A stretch of DNA of 44,878 nucleotides, from positions 1 to 44,878 of the forward strand of contig JANWXA010000001.1 in NCBI GenBank assembly GCA_025055465.1. The letters run 5' to 3'. The notes below the pieces were generated by a model that ran no database searches, had not been told where the DNA came from, and was given only the letters and a program-made list of their open reading frames with translations. Position 1 is the stretch's first letter; the number at the start of each line of letters is the position of its first letter. The translations under genes and the position numbers were made by a program. The stretch comes from Candidatus Kapaibacterium sp. (GTDB lineage: Bacteria; Bacteroidota; Ignavibacteria; Kapaibacteriales; HRBIN21). Positions 25,994 through 36,496 of the stretch are shown in pieces.

Positions 25994-27606
25994 GGCACTT
26001 ACGGCGCCTCGGCCTGCTCTCTACCCTACTCCCCTGCTTCGCCTTTGGGCAGGCCGGTGCGTCCCTGAGTGGCGGGGTGCAGATTGAGCTCCGCTCGTAC
26101 CGGGCCGACAGCGCCATTGGAGCCCCCGCGGTGCCCGAACGGCTGGGGCTGAACGCATACGTTCCGCTCTCCTACCGGCTGGGCCCATTCACCGCGAGCC
26201 TGCGCTACGAGGCCTACTTGGAGCCGCTGCAGGGCTACGACCGCCGGTATGCCGGCTCCGGGATTGCCCTCCGCTCGCTGGACTACCAGGACGAGCGCTT
26301 CCAGCTCACGGTCGGCGGCTTCTACGAGCAGTTCGGCTCCGGGATGGTGCTGCGCACGTACGAAGAACGCCTCCTGGGGATTGACAACGGGCTGGAAGGG
26401 GTCCGGCTGCGCTACAACGGACCAGGGATTCGGCTGACGGGCTTTGTAGCGCGGCAGCGGCGCTTCTTTGAGTGGACGGGACTCATTCGCGGCGCTGACG
26501 TAGAGCTGACCCCATCGGCTTGGGGTATCGGAGCACTGCTGGGCATCGAGACGCCGCTCTCCTGGCAGCTTGGAGCGTCGGCGGTCAGCAAGTACCAGCC
26601 CGACACCGACCCCCTCTACCGACTGCCGGAGAACGTCCTGACCTATGCCCTCCGCGGCTCGTGGCAATGGGGGTCTTGGCGGCTGACGGCAGAGTGGGCG
26701 TACAAGTACAACGACCCTTCGGCACTCAACGGCTACTCGTACAACCCCGGCACGGGGCTCTACGTGACCCTGGCTGGCGAGCTGGCCCCCGTGAGCTTCC
26801 TCCTGCAGGCCAAGCGGATTGACAACATGGCGTTCTACTCCGACCGGACGGCCTCGGGGACCGTCTCGGTGCTGAACTACCTGGCACCCTTAAGCCGGCA
26901 GCAGACGTACCGCCTGGCAACACTCTACGCCTACGCCACACAGCCCGGAGGGGAGATTGGGATTGCAGCGGAGGCCATCATTGCCCTGCCGGAGCAGTCC
27001 CTGGTCGGTGGCGAAGGCGGGGGCACGCTGACGCTCAGCTACAGCCGTATCCATGGGCTGGACACCGTGCACACTGGCGAGCTGCGCTATCGAAGCCCCT
27101 TCCCCGGAATCGGCAGGCAGCTCTACCTGGAGGAGCTCGTTGCCGAGCACACAGTGAGCTGGACCCCGCGACTCCGGAGCACGGTCAACCTCACGCGGCA
27201 GGTCTACAACCGCGACGTCTCCGAAGGCGTGCGCGGCTACGGGCTCATCTGGACCTGGATTGCCATCGCCGACATCGCTTACACATTCGCACCGCGGCAG
27301 ACCGTGCGTGCGGAGCTGCAGCACCTCTGGACCCGCCAAGACCGCGGTCGCTGGCTTTTCACCCTGCTGGAGTACTCGCTGGCGCCGCACTGGGCCGTGA
27401 CGCTGTGGGACGAATACAATTACGGCAATCCTGACCGCAGCGCCCGCTTCCACTACCCTGGCGCTGCCATGACGCTCCTCCTCCAACGCTTCAAGCTGAC
27501 ACTGGGCTACGGGCGCCAGCGGGCGGGGATTGTGTGCGTCGGAGGGGTCTGCCGCTACATGCCCGCCGCGAACGGGCTGAGCCTCAGCGTGACGGCAACA
27601 CTGTAG
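25990..27606 (+). CDS. Putative outer-membrane beta-barrel protein, function unknown
   Basis: 538-aa ORF whose ATG 25990 makes an ATGA overlap with the thioredoxin stop. It has the signal peptide MRHLRRLGLLSTLLPCFAFGQA. Alternating-hydrophobic, Tyr/Gly/Arg-rich strands run throughout (LSYRLGPFTASLRYEAY, LTVGGFYEQFGSGMVLRTY, WRLTAEWAYKYN, LTLGYGRQRAG). Confidence 0.75.
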   Translation: MRHLRRLGLLSTLLPCFAFGQAGASLSGGVQIELRSYRADSAIGAPAVPERLGLNAYVPLSYRLGPFTASLRYEAYLEPLQGYDRRYAGSGIALRSLDYQDERFQLTVGGFYEQFGSGMVLRTYEERLLGIDNGLEGVRLRYNGPGIRLTGFVARQRRFFEWTGLIRGADVELTPSAWGIGALLGIETPLSWQLGASAVSKYQPDTDPLYRLPENVLTYALRGSWQWGSWRLTAEWAYKYNDPSALNGYSYNPGTGLYVTLAGELAPVSFLLQAKRIDNMAFYSDRTASGTVSVLNYLAPLSRQQTYRLATLYAYATQPGGEIGIAAEAIIALPEQSLVGGEGGGTLTLSYSRIHGLDTVHTGELRYRSPFPGIGRQLYLEELVAEHTVSWTPRLRSTVNLTRQVYNRDVSEGVRGYGLIWTWIAIADIAYTFAPRQTVRAELQHLWTRQDRGRWLFTLLEYSLAPHWAVTLWDEYNYGNPDRSARFHYPGAAMTLLLQRFKLTLGYGRQRAGIVCVGGVCRYMPAANGLSLSVTATL

Positions 27607-27609
27607 AGC

Positions 27610-28875
27610 ATGCCTCGCCGGCTCTCGCTCCCGCTGCAGATTGTCCTCGGCTTCGTGGCCGGCACTGCATGGAGCCTGCTCCAACCGGTGCTGGGGCTGG
27701 AGGCGTTCACCACTGCTTGGATTGCTCCGCTCGGGACGCTGTTCCTGAACTTGCTCAAGCTGCTGGCCCTGCCGCTGGTAGTAGCCTCCCTGCTGGAAGG
27801 AGTTGCCGGGGTTGGGAGCCTCGCGCGCCTGTCGCGCCTGGGAGGGCGGACCGTGGCATACTACTTGGCCTCTACGGTCGTGGCAATCTTGGTCGGCATC
27901 GGAGTGGCAAGCGCCGTGCGCCCGGGCACACTCGCCTCCGTCGAACAGCGGGAGCGGCTCCAGGAGCGCTACGAACAGGCCCTGGCCGAGCGCCGGAGTG
28001 CGGCCGAAGAGCTCCAGCAGAAGAGCCCGCTGCAGGTGTTGGTGGAGTTCGTGCCGGAGAACTTCTTGGCCTCCGCGCAGGACAACCGCCGGATGTTGCA
28101 GGTTATCCTGGCTACACTGCTCTTCGGCATAGCGCTGACGACGGTACCCGCAGAGCGGATTGCCCCTCTGCGCCAGCTCCTCCAGGCCCTCCTGGCCGGA
28201 CTGCTGGCACTGGTGAACATCGTCATGCGGATGGCGCCCGTGGGGGTCTTCGCGCTCATGGCGGGTCTGCGGATGGACTGGTCGCTACTTTCGGCACTCG
28301 GTGCATACAGCCTCTCGGTCCTGCTGGGCCTTGGACTCATGGTAGGGCTGGCCTACCCATTGGCGCTGCGTCTCTTGGCGGGGAAGTCGGTACAGGCGTT
28401 CTACCGAGCACTCTTTCCAGCGCAGGTCGTTGCCTTCTCGACGAGCTCCAGTGCGGCTACGTTGCCGACAACGCTCCATGTCTGCCGCCATGGCCTGGGG
28501 ATACGAGACGACATCGCTGGCTTCGTACTCCCACTGGGTGCCACCGTCAACATGGACGGCACGAGCCTCTACCAGGCGGTAGCAACGCTCTTCATTGCCC
28601 AGCTCTACGGCATAGAGCTCAGCTTCGGAGCGCTGGTGGTGCTCATCGCGATGGCGGTGGCTGCTTCCGTGGGGGCAGCGCCCGTACCCGGAGCAGGCAT
28701 CGTCATGCTGGTGCTCATCCTCCAGAGCTTAGGGCTGCCCCAAGAGGGACTGGCCCTCATCGTAGCGGTAGACCGCCTGCTGGATATGAGCCGCACGGTG
28801 GTGAACGTCACCAGTGACGCTGTTGCCTGCGTCCTGGTCAGCGCCTGGGAGCGCCCGAGAGGAGAAGCTGCATGA
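27610..28875 (+). CDS. Dicarboxylate/amino acid:cation symporter (DAACS family, GltP/DctA-like)
   Basis: 421-aa polytopic ORF with the conserved motifs FSTSSSAATLP and PLGATVNMDGTSLYQAVA (NMDGT) and a reentrant-loop region GAAPVPGAGIVML. Confidence 0.9.
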   Translation: MPRRLSLPLQIVLGFVAGTAWSLLQPVLGLEAFTTAWIAPLGTLFLNLLKLLALPLVVASLLEGVAGVGSLARLSRLGGRTVAYYLASTVVAILVGIGVASAVRPGTLASVEQRERLQERYEQALAERRSAAEELQQKSPLQVLVEFVPENFLASAQDNRRMLQVILATLLFGIALTTVPAERIAPLRQLLQALLAGLLALVNIVMRMAPVGVFALMAGLRMDWSLLSALGAYSLSVLLGLGLMVGLAYPLALRLLAGKSVQAFYRALFPAQVVAFSTSSSAATLPTTLHVCRHGLGIRDDIAGFVLPLGATVNMDGTSLYQAVATLFIAQLYGIELSFGALVVLIAMAVAASVGAAPVPGAGIVMLVLILQSLGLPQEGLALIVAVDRLLDMSRTVVNVTSDAVACVLVSAWERPRGEAA

Positions 28876-29654
28876 CCCTATTTTTGCAAGCGATGGCGCC
28901 ACCGGAGACATCGGTTGAGCTCCTCCGCAGCCGCTGGCAAGAGTTACTGCGGCGAGTAGCAGAGGCCGCACGTCGCGCTGGACGGGACCCCGCCGAAATC
29001 CGCATCGTCGCTGTCTCCAAAGGCCACCCACCGGAGCTCGTAGAGCTGGCCGTCCAAGCTGGTATCCGCTGTTTCGGCGAGAACTATGCCCAAGAGATGC
29101 ACCGGAAGGCAAACCACCTCCGGCAGCGGGGGTACGAAGTAGAATGGCACTTCATCGGGCACGTGCAGACCAACAAGGTCAAGCTCATTGCCCCAATCGC
29201 CGCGCTCATCCACGGGGTTGACTCGCAGCATGTCGCCGAAGCGTTCAACCGCTGGGGCGAGCGGCATGGCGTCATCGTGCCGCTGCTGCTGCAGGTGAAT
29301 ACATCCGGGGAAGCAAGCAAGCACGGGTGCCAGCCAGAGGCGTTGTTCCAGCTTGCCGAAGCAGTGCTCCGACTACCTTCGGTACACCTCCTTGGGTTGA
29401 TGACGATTCCAGCGCCAGCAGAGGCTCAGCGTGTGCGGCAGGAGTTCCGCCTCCTGCGCAACCTCCGGGGTGAGCTGCAGCAGCGCTACGGCAGCTCGCC
29501 TGAGGACTTCCCGCACCTTTCCATGGGCATGAGCGCCGACTATGAACTCGCCGTGGAGGAAGGGGCCACGCTCCTGCGCATCGGCACTGCCCTCTTCGGC
29601 GAACGTCCTTCGAAGCAAGTCGTTGTCACTCTTTCGCACGAGAGGTTGCCATGA
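28872..29654 (+). CDS. yggS: YggS-family pyridoxal-phosphate homeostasis protein
   Basis: ATGA overlap with the symporter stop. Motifs IRIVAVSKGHPPELV (PLP lysine), FGENYAQE, WHFIGHVQTNKVK and LSMGMSADYELAVEEGATLLRIGTALFG are the YggS/PROSC pattern. Confidence 0.9.
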   Translation: MTLFLQAMAPPETSVELLRSRWQELLRRVAEAARRAGRDPAEIRIVAVSKGHPPELVELAVQAGIRCFGENYAQEMHRKANHLRQRGYEVEWHFIGHVQTNKVKLIAPIAALIHGVDSQHVAEAFNRWGERHGVIVPLLLQVNTSGEASKHGCQPEALFQLAEAVLRLPSVHLLGLMTIPAPAEAQRVRQEFRLLRNLRGELQQRYGSSPEDFPHLSMGMSADYELAVEEGATLLRIGTALFGERPSKQVVVTLSHERLP

Positions 29655-30499
29655 GCCAACCCGTCTCGATCCTCCGCCAGCACATGCAGGATGCCGTGGA
29701 AGTCATCCAACTGACGACCTCCATAAGGCCCTCCATCGGCATCATCCTGGGTACGGGCTTGGGGGAGCTGGCCGAGCGCATCGAGCAGGAGTGCGCCATC
29801 CCGTACGAGAACATCCCGCACTTCCCCATCGCAACGGTAGAATCACATCGTGGGCGGCTCATCTTCGGTCACCTGCGGGGACGCCCAGTGGTCGCCATGC
29901 AGGGGCGCTTCCACCGGTACGAAGGCTACACGCTACAGCAGGTCACCTTCCCCGTGCGTGTCCTCTATGCCTTGGGGGTGCGGACGCTCATCATCTCGAA
30001 CGCTGCAGGGGCGCTCAACCCCCTGTTCCGCCGCGGTGAGCTGATGATCATCGTGGACCACATCAACCTGATGGGCGACAACCCGCTCATTGGCCCCAAC
30101 GACGACTCGCTTGGTCCCCGCTTTCCCGACATGAGCGAGCCGTACTCGCGGCGCCTGATTGCGCTGGCGGAGGAACTGGCCCTGGAGTTGCGGCTGAAGG
30201 TGCAGAAGGGCGTCTACGTAGCGCTCAGTGGACCAAGCTTGGAGACCCGCGCTGAGTACCGCTTCCTGCGCTTCATCGGCGCCGATGCTGTCGGGATGAG
30301 CACCGTACCGGAGGTCATCGTCGCCCGGCATATGGGGATAGAGGTCTTTGGGCTCTCCATCCTCACTGACGAGTGTTTCCCCGACGCGCTACAACCACTC
30401 TCGCTGGAAGACGTGCTGCAGGCGGCGCGGGAGGCCGAACCAAAGATGACCTTGCTGGTCAGTGAGCTGGTGCCACGTCTGCCAGATGCGGCCGGATGA
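29651..30499 (+). CDS. punA: Purine nucleoside phosphorylase (PNP/MTAP family 2)
   Basis: ATGA overlap with yggS. Motifs: GIILGTGLG, IPHFPIATVESHRGRLIFG, MQGRFHRYEGY, ISNAAGALNP, VGMSTVPEVIVARHMG. Confidence 0.9.
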   Translation: MSQPVSILRQHMQDAVEVIQLTTSIRPSIGIILGTGLGELAERIEQECAIPYENIPHFPIATVESHRGRLIFGHLRGRPVVAMQGRFHRYEGYTLQQVTFPVRVLYALGVRTLIISNAAGALNPLFRRGELMIIVDHINLMGDNPLIGPNDDSLGPRFPDMSEPYSRRLIALAEELALELRLKVQKGVYVALSGPSLETRAEYRFLRFIGADAVGMSTVPEVIVARHMGIEVFGLSILTDECFPDALQPLSLEDVLQAAREAEPKMTLLVSELVPRLPDAAG

Positions 30500-31500
30500 G
30501 GTGGCTGACCGCCATCGTGTGGGCCCTACTCCTGGGCTGCGGAGACGAACCCTTCTACGACAGCGCCCCGTCGCAGTGGCGCTTCCTGCTGCTCACGGCT
30601 GCCTCCACGCTGCAGGTACGGCAAGAGCCAGGGGGGCAGGTCCTGCTTGCCGATGCCTATGCAGATGCAAACGGCGCGCCCCCGCCTGCTCCGATCCGCG
30701 ATGTTGTGGCCTTCCGCGATGGCCTGTATCTCCCCCTCCAGGCAAATGCCGTAGCCGTGCTGGACGCTAAATCTTACCGACAGCGGGCCCTCATTCCCCT
30801 CCCCGCCCCACCTGCGGGACTGGCCTTCCCGAACGCAACGACGGGCTACGTCTGGCATGACGGGGTCGGGCTGCTCAGCATCCTTGACCTCCTGCAGCTC
30901 CGGCTCGCTCGGACGCTGACGGTGCCTGGCACGATCCGGTACGTCCTGGCCGTTGGGCCGCTCCTCTATGCGCTGGAGGAGCGGAGTTCTCGGCTACTCG
31001 TCTTGGATGCGCGAACTGAGAGGCTAATAGACTCGCTGGAGCTGCCCCCTTCGCCGCGCTTCGCTGCCATTCGGGCCAACGGTGCAGAACTTCTCATACT
31101 TAGCACTGGCAGTGGCGATGACGGTCCAGCTCCTCGCGCTCCACGACTCAGTTTCGTCGGGCTCTCACCGCTCCGCCTCCTGGGGAGCTTGCCCGTCTAT
31201 CCCTCGGCAACCGACTCTGCGCGCACGCGCATTACAGGGTTGGTGACGACGGTGGACGACTTCGCCTTCATCGGTACGTCGCAGGGACTTCTGCGGGTAG
31301 ACATCCGCTCCCGCAGTGGCCTCCGCCTCCTCCAGCGGTGGAACGTCCGGCAGCTCCAGAATGTCCCCATCCGCGACGAGCTGTGGATACTCACCGCAGA
31401 GGACACCCCCCGGCTCATCGTAGCAACCGGAACCCGAGCCGAACCACAGCTCCAAGTCCCGCTACCGGTCGGAACGGTCAGCATCCTGCCGCTTCCATGA
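30496..31500 (+). CDS. Hypothetical lipoprotein (possible beta-propeller)
   Basis: ATGA overlap with punA. The N-terminus [18 protein letters not shown] carries a lipobox (LLGC). The body has repeated short beta-strand segments ([38 protein letters not shown]). I recognise no family. Confidence 0.7.
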   Translation: MRWLTAIVWALLLGCGDEPFYDSAPSQWRFLLLTAASTLQVRQEPGGQVLLADAYADANGAPPPAPIRDVVAFRDGLYLPLQANAVAVLDAKSYRQRALIPLPAPPAGLAFPNATTGYVWHDGVGLLSILDLLQLRLARTLTVPGTIRYVLAVGPLLYALEERSSRLLVLDARTERLIDSLELPPSPRFAAIRANGAELLILSTGSGDDGPAPRAPRLSFVGLSPLRLLGSLPVYPSATDSARTRITGLVTTVDDFAFIGTSQGLLRVDIRSRSGLRLLQRWNVRQLQNVPIRDELWILTAEDTPRLIVATGTRAEPQLQVPLPVGTVSILPLP

Positions 31501-32483
31501 ACCCAGAATTCCTGCAGCAATTGCATGCTCGTGCGGCAGCGCTGCGCCGCCGCATTGCCTTTCCCGATGCTGAGGATGAGCGTACACTCCGCGCCGTCCG
31601 CTACTTGCAGGGCCAGGGGATTGTGGAACCCGTGTTGGTGGGACATGCTGAGGCCATCCATCGAGTAGCTGCCCATCACGGCATCGCCTTGGAAGACATC
31701 CCCATCATCGAACCACGGCGTTCAGCACTCCTGGACGCCTTCGCCCATCAGCTCTGGGAACGCCGCCAGCATAAGGGCATGGAGCTGGAGGAAGCCTATC
31801 GGCAGCTCCTGCATCCGTTGCTCTTCGCCGGCATGCTGCTGGACTCCGGCGCAGTAGACGGCTGCGTAGCGGGCTCACTCTCTGCAACTTCAGAGGTCCT
31901 CCGGGCCGCCCTCTGGACCGTTGGGATGGCTCCCGGCATCAGCATCATCAGCAGCTACTTCCTCATGCTCTTCCCCGACCGGGTGCTAACGTATGCCGAT
32001 GCAGGCGTGGTCCCTGACCCCAGCTCAGAGGAGCTGGCCGAGATTGCCTACTGCACTGCGCAGAACGTAGAGCACGTGGTGGGCACCGAACCTCGCATCG
32101 CTTTCCTGTCCTTCTCCACCAAGGGGAGCGCCCAGCATCCGATGGTGGAGAAGGTCCAGCGGGCCGTCCAGCTCTTCCGAACACGCTACCCGCAGTACCT
32201 GGCCGATGGAGAGCTGCAAGGCGATGCCGCACTGGTGCCGGAGGTTGCAGCTCGTAAAGCACCAGGCTCCCCTGTTGCTGGGCACGCCAACGTGCTCATC
32301 TTCCCCAACTTGGACGCCGGGAACATTGCATACAAGCTCACAGAACGCTTGGCTGGAGCACAGGCGCTGGGGCCAATCGTACAGGGCCTCCGGCGGCCGT
32401 ACTGCGATCTTTCGCGCGGCTGTCGGTGGGAGGATATCGTCTCCGTCGCCGCTATCTGCGCCTTGATGGGGGAGCGAGCTTAG
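31497..32483 (+). CDS. pta: Phosphate acetyltransferase
   Basis: The tracked ORF starts at 31338, but ATG 31497 (ATGA overlap with the lipoprotein stop) gives 328 aa. These read [31 protein letters not shown] ... [19 protein letters not shown] ... [14 protein letters not shown] ... [18 protein letters not shown], the PTA_PTB pattern. Confidence 0.9.
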   Translation: MNPEFLQQLHARAAALRRRIAFPDAEDERTLRAVRYLQGQGIVEPVLVGHAEAIHRVAAHHGIALEDIPIIEPRRSALLDAFAHQLWERRQHKGMELEEAYRQLLHPLLFAGMLLDSGAVDGCVAGSLSATSEVLRAALWTVGMAPGISIISSYFLMLFPDRVLTYADAGVVPDPSSEELAEIAYCTAQNVEHVVGTEPRIAFLSFSTKGSAQHPMVEKVQRAVQLFRTRYPQYLADGELQGDAALVPEVAARKAPGSPVAGHANVLIFPNLDAGNIAYKLTERLAGAQALGPIVQGLRRPYCDLSRGCRWEDIVSVAAICALMGERA

Positions 32484-35056
32484 GCCTGCACTGCTTCCGC
32501 ACCGAAAGAGGCGATGAGCTCCGGAAGGCGCTGGAAGAGCTCCGGGAGCCTTTCCGGATGCCGTCCGCCGGCCGTCGCCAGATGGGGCCGGCCGCCTCCG
32601 CCTCCACCGAGCTCTTGAGCAATCCGAGCTACCAGCCTCCCTGCTGGATACCGCTCCGTTAGGTCTGGCGTGACGACGCAGACCAAGTGGACTTTACCCT
32701 CGCTGACAGTAGCCAGCACGGCGATTCCCTTGTTCCCCAGAGCAGCTCGGACCTGATCTGCCAATGCTTTGAGCTGCTCCATAGACTCCAGGGCGACGCG
32801 TTCGGCAACGATCCGAATGCCATTAGTAGAGCGAGCACGGGCAACGAACTCCGGAATCCGCGCACGCTCACGCTCCAACTGCATCCGCTCCAGCTCTCGC
32901 TGCAGGCGTTGGAGCTGCTCGGACAACTGCTCGGCATACCGCTGCTGCTCCTCTATCCGCTGCCGGAGCTGCTCCACGTACTGCTCAACACCCTCACCGG
33001 TAACAGCCTCCACACGGCGGACACCTGCCGCCACAGCGTCCTCAGCCGTCAGTACGAACATACCAATTTGGCCGGTATCCTGTACGTGCGTCCCCCCGCA
33101 GAGCTCTACGGAGAAGCGCTCGTCCATGATGACGACACGGACGATGTCGCCGTACTTGTCGGCGAAGAACATCTTGACGTTCGGCAGCTTGCGGGCCTGC
33201 TCCAGCGGCATGATTCGGGTCTCCACAGGGATGGCTTCGCGGATCTTCTCGTTGACCAGCGCCTCTATGTCCCGGAGCTGGGCCGGCTCTACTTTGCCGA
33301 AGTGGGAGAAGTCGAAGCGGAGGTAATCGGGAGCTACGAGGGAACCCGCCTGCTGAACGTGAGGTCCAAGGACCCGCCGCAGCGCTTCGTGGAGGAGGTG
33401 TGTCGCCGAATGGTTCCGCATAATTGCCCAACGGCGCCGGCGGTCAACTTGCGCCAAAGCCGCTTCACCCAGCAACGGCTCGACCTCACTGGCACACACA
33501 TGCACAATCGCTTCGCCCACGCGGCAGACGTCCTCCACAGCGTAAGTATCCCCGCCCACCACCAGCCGACCCGTATCCGAGACCTGGCCGCCAGCTTCCA
33601 CGTAAAATGGCGTCCGTTCCAGCACAACGTGGTTGTCCTCCACGTAGAGCACCGTGGACTCTGTCTCCAGCTCCTCGTAGCCCGTAAACTCCGTGTGGAG
33701 CTGCTGCGCTGTAGGGGCCAGATGGACCTCCACGTGATGCACTCTCTGCGCCTGACGGGAGCGCTGGCGTTGCTCTTCCATGAGGCGTTGGAAGCCCTCG
33801 GTGTCAACGGTCAGCTCGCGTTCACGGGCCAGGAGCTGTGTCAAATCCAGCGGGAAGCCGTACGTATCGTAGAGCTGGAAGGCGACCTCGCCTGGGATCA
33901 CACGCTCACCTTGCTGCTGCACCTGTCTGACGACCTCTTCAAAGAGCTGCAGCCCACGGTCCAGCGTGCGGAGGAAGGCCGCCTCTTCTGCCTCAATGAC
34001 CTGCTCAATCGTCCGCTGATGCTGGCGTAGCTCCGGAAAGGGATCGCCCATGATGGAGACCAGCTCCGACACCAAGCGCCAGAGCACGGGCTCCTGGAAG
34101 CCCAGGGTACGGGCAAAGCGTTCCGCCCGCCGGAGGATACGCCGCAGGACGTAGCCCCGGCCTGTATTGCCCGGTAGTGCACCGTCAGCAATCGCAAAGG
34201 ACAGAGCCCGAATGTGGTCCGCCATGACCCGCATGGCGATGCCATCGGGATGGCGCACGTCCTCCCGCGGATATCGTCGCCCACTGAGTTCCTCAATCCG
34301 CCGAATGAGTGGCACAAAGAGGTCCGTGTCGTAGTTGGAGTCCACCCCTTGCAGAATCGCGCAGATCCGCTCCAGACCCATACCCGTATCCACATGCTTG
34401 ACCGGTAGCTCCTCCAAGCTGCCGTCAGCGCGGCGGTTGTACTGGATGAAGACGAGGTTCCAGACCTCCGTGACCAGCGGGGTACCAGCATTCACCAGCC
34501 GGCTACCGCTCAGGTCTGGCGTGCGGTCGTAGTGGATCTCCGTGCACGGCCCGCAGGGGCCCGTGTCGCCCATCTCCCAGAAGTTGTCCTTCTCGTCGAA
34601 GCGATGGATGCGCTCCGCAGGCAGATAACGGCGCCAGAGCTCGTAGGCCTCATCATCGGTGCGGAAGACCGTAGCGTGGAGCCGTTCCGGAGGCAGCCTC
34701 CAGACCTGGGTTAGCAGCTCCCAGGCGTAGGCGATAGCTTCGGCCTTGTAGTAGTCGCCGAAGCTCCAGTTGCCGAGCATCTCAAAGAAGGTGTGGTGGT
34801 ACGTGTCGTACCCCACCTCCTCCAGGTCGTTGTGCTTGCCGCTGACGCGAATGCACTTCTGAGTATCGGCCGCCCGCGTGTAGTCACGCTTGCCCTGCCC
34901 GAGGAAGACGTCCTTGAACTGGTTCATTCCCGCGTTGGTGAACAGCAAGGTCGGGTCTCCGTGCGGAATAACCGGCGCACTGGGCACGATCCGATGCCCG
35001 CGCTCGGCGAAGAAATCCAGAAACGACTGCCGAACCCGGTGGGAAGTCCACTCCAT
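32480..35056 (-). CDS. alaS: Alanine--tRNA ligase
   Basis: The tracked ORF begins at TTG 35071. ATG 35056 gives [21 protein letters not shown], the canonical AlaRS N-terminus. Other motifs: [16 protein letters not shown]-type NWSFGDYYK, the editing-domain HSATHLLH and CGGTHV, and a C-terminal DHHA1-like region. Its stop overlaps the pta stop (convergent, 4 nt). Confidence 0.97.
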   Translation of the reverse strand: MEWTSHRVRQSFLDFFAERGHRIVPSAPVIPHGDPTLLFTNAGMNQFKDVFLGQGKRDYTRAADTQKCIRVSGKHNDLEEVGYDTYHHTFFEMLGNWSFGDYYKAEAIAYAWELLTQVWRLPPERLHATVFRTDDEAYELWRRYLPAERIHRFDEKDNFWEMGDTGPCGPCTEIHYDRTPDLSGSRLVNAGTPLVTEVWNLVFIQYNRRADGSLEELPVKHVDTGMGLERICAILQGVDSNYDTDLFVPLIRRIEELSGRRYPREDVRHPDGIAMRVMADHIRALSFAIADGALPGNTGRGYVLRRILRRAERFARTLGFQEPVLWRLVSELVSIMGDPFPELRQHQRTIEQVIEAEEAAFLRTLDRGLQLFEEVVRQVQQQGERVIPGEVAFQLYDTYGFPLDLTQLLARERELTVDTEGFQRLMEEQRQRSRQAQRVHHVEVHLAPTAQQLHTEFTGYEELETESTVLYVEDNHVVLERTPFYVEAGGQVSDTGRLVVGGDTYAVEDVCRVGEAIVHVCASEVEPLLGEAALAQVDRRRRWAIMRNHSATHLLHEALRRVLGPHVQQAGSLVAPDYLRFDFSHFGKVEPAQLRDIEALVNEKIREAIPVETRIMPLEQARKLPNVKMFFADKYGDIVRVVIMDERFSVELCGGTHVQDTGQIGMFVLTAEDAVAAGVRRVEAVTGEGVEQYVEQLRQRIEEQQRYAEQLSEQLQRLQRELERMQLERERARIPEFVARARSTNGIRIVAERVALESMEQLKALADQVRAALGNKGIAVLATVSEGKVHLVCVVTPDLTERYPAGRLVARIAQELGGGGGGRPHLATAGGRHPERLPELFQRLPELIASFGAEAVQA

Positions 35057-35116
35057 AAGTCCTACCGCCAACTACTGGGACACCGTTTCCAAAGACGAAC
35101 GGGAGGGCTCTGGCAT

Positions 35117-35695
35117 TCACCGCCCCGCTGGCGTCCGCTGCCACGGGCGTGGACGTAGCTTGACCATTCGGACCGTAGCCACCAAGGGATAGCGCGGCAC
35201 ATCGCGGATCTCGGCCGTGGCTACAGCATTCCCCTCCAGCTTCAGCTCACTGCGGGCAGCGCGCCAGCCTGGGAAGAGCCATTCGGCGATGTACAGCGTT
35301 GAGTCTGCCGTCGGCTGGAAGGTGGCAACTGTAGTCCCCACGGGTAGCCGCTGGCTCTGCGAGTTGATCACTGTGGCCGTTATTGGCTCCAGGCTGCCTT
35401 CCTGTGCCCGGGCAATGATGAGCTGAATGGTATAGTCCTCTCGGACCATCCGGATGTCCCCACCCGTGGTGTCAAAGCTCTCCAGGCGGAGGACCCATAC
35501 ACCTTCGATCGGCAGCAAGTCCCGAGCACGCTGGAGGCGTTCTTCAATCCGCGGGTCTATGGCGATCGGGGCTCCCTGAACGGGGACCGGTGGAGCATCC
35601 AAAGTTGGAGGTGCAAGAGGCAGCGTTCGGGGTTGCGCCCATAGTAGAAACGAGACGCTCACGACAGGGAGACACCACAGATAACGCATCTCCAT
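35117..35695 (-). CDS. Hypothetical secreted protein
   Basis: The tracked ORF extends to 35797. ATG 35695 (or 35689) gives MEMRYLWCLPVVSVSFLLWAQP, a signal peptide, followed by a ~170-aa domain with no family I recognise. Confidence 0.6.
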   Translation of the reverse strand: MEMRYLWCLPVVSVSFLLWAQPRTLPLAPPTLDAPPVPVQGAPIAIDPRIEERLQRARDLLPIEGVWVLRLESFDTTGGDIRMVREDYTIQLIIARAQEGSLEPITATVINSQSQRLPVGTTVATFQPTADSTLYIAEWLFPGWRAARSELKLEGNAVATAEIRDVPRYPLVATVRMVKLRPRPWQRTPAGR

Positions 35696-35814
35696 CCCAG
35701 TCTGTGGAACATGTGCTCCAAGCACAATATTACGGCAGAGGTAGACGTACAGCGTAGCAATCCTCGACAATCTCGCAGCGTCTACAGCCAGTGTCACAGG
35801 ATGGGTACCGCTTG

Positions 35815-36444
35815 ATGCATGCCGTACCGTGGCTCATCGTAGGATTGGGCAACCCGGGCGCCGAGTATGCTGAAACTCGTCACAACATCGGTTGGATGGT
35901 CGTCCACGCATTCGTTGAACGCTACGGTGGCCTGTGGCGGCAAGGAGTCGGCCCATGGATGGAGGCCCAGGTCCGAGTTTCCGGGCAGCCGGTCATAGCA
36001 ATCCTTCCACTGACCTACATGAACCGGAGTGGAGAAGCCGTTCGTGCCCTCCAAAAACTGAACAAAATTCCAACGGAACGAATCGTCATTGTGTTAGACG
36101 AGCTCAATTTCCCACTGGGACGCCTCCATTTGAAGGCTTCGGGAAGCGATGGCGGTCATAATGGAATGGCTTCCGTTATCGAGCACTTGGGGACCCGCAA
36201 TGTCTTACGCCTCCGTTGTGGCATCGGTGACGCCTTCCCGACCGGCGGCATGGTAGAGTATGTGCTCTCTCCATTTGATCCTCACGAGCTGCCCCAACGT
36301 GACGCAATGATAGAGCGGGCTGTTCGTGCCCTGGAATACCTTCTCAAGCACGGCCCCGCACGAGCTATGTCCGTTATCAACTCTGGTAAGCTGGAAAGCC
36401 AGCCGCAGACCACCTCGGCTCTGCCCAACCAAGACATTCCATAG
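35815..36444 (+). CDS. pth: Peptidyl-tRNA hydrolase
   Basis: The ORF runs from GTG 35791. ATG 35815 gives MHAVPWLIVGLGNPGAEYAETRHNIGW, the Pth signature, plus LKASGSDGGHNGMASV. Confidence 0.93.
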   Translation: MHAVPWLIVGLGNPGAEYAETRHNIGWMVVHAFVERYGGLWRQGVGPWMEAQVRVSGQPVIAILPLTYMNRSGEAVRALQKLNKIPTERIVIVLDELNFPLGRLHLKASGSDGGHNGMASVIEHLGTRNVLRLRCGIGDAFPTGGMVEYVLSPFDPHELPQRDAMIERAVRALEYLLKHGPARAMSVINSGKLESQPQTTSALPNQDIP

Positions 36445-36496
36445 TCGCAGTATCCGTCCCATGCTTCTGCAAATGTGCTCTTATCGAGGCAGCGCC

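Noticed and set aside
27534-28817. 427-codon plus-strand ORF
   Set aside because: It is an alternative frame of the DAACS symporter gene. The symporter frame carries the conserved NMDGT and SSSAATLP motifs, while this frame is Arg/Gly/Pro-rich.
32687-34030. 447-codon ORF on the plus strand
   Set aside because: It is antisense to alaS. It has no recognisable motifs and a Leu/Arg/His-rich shadow composition.
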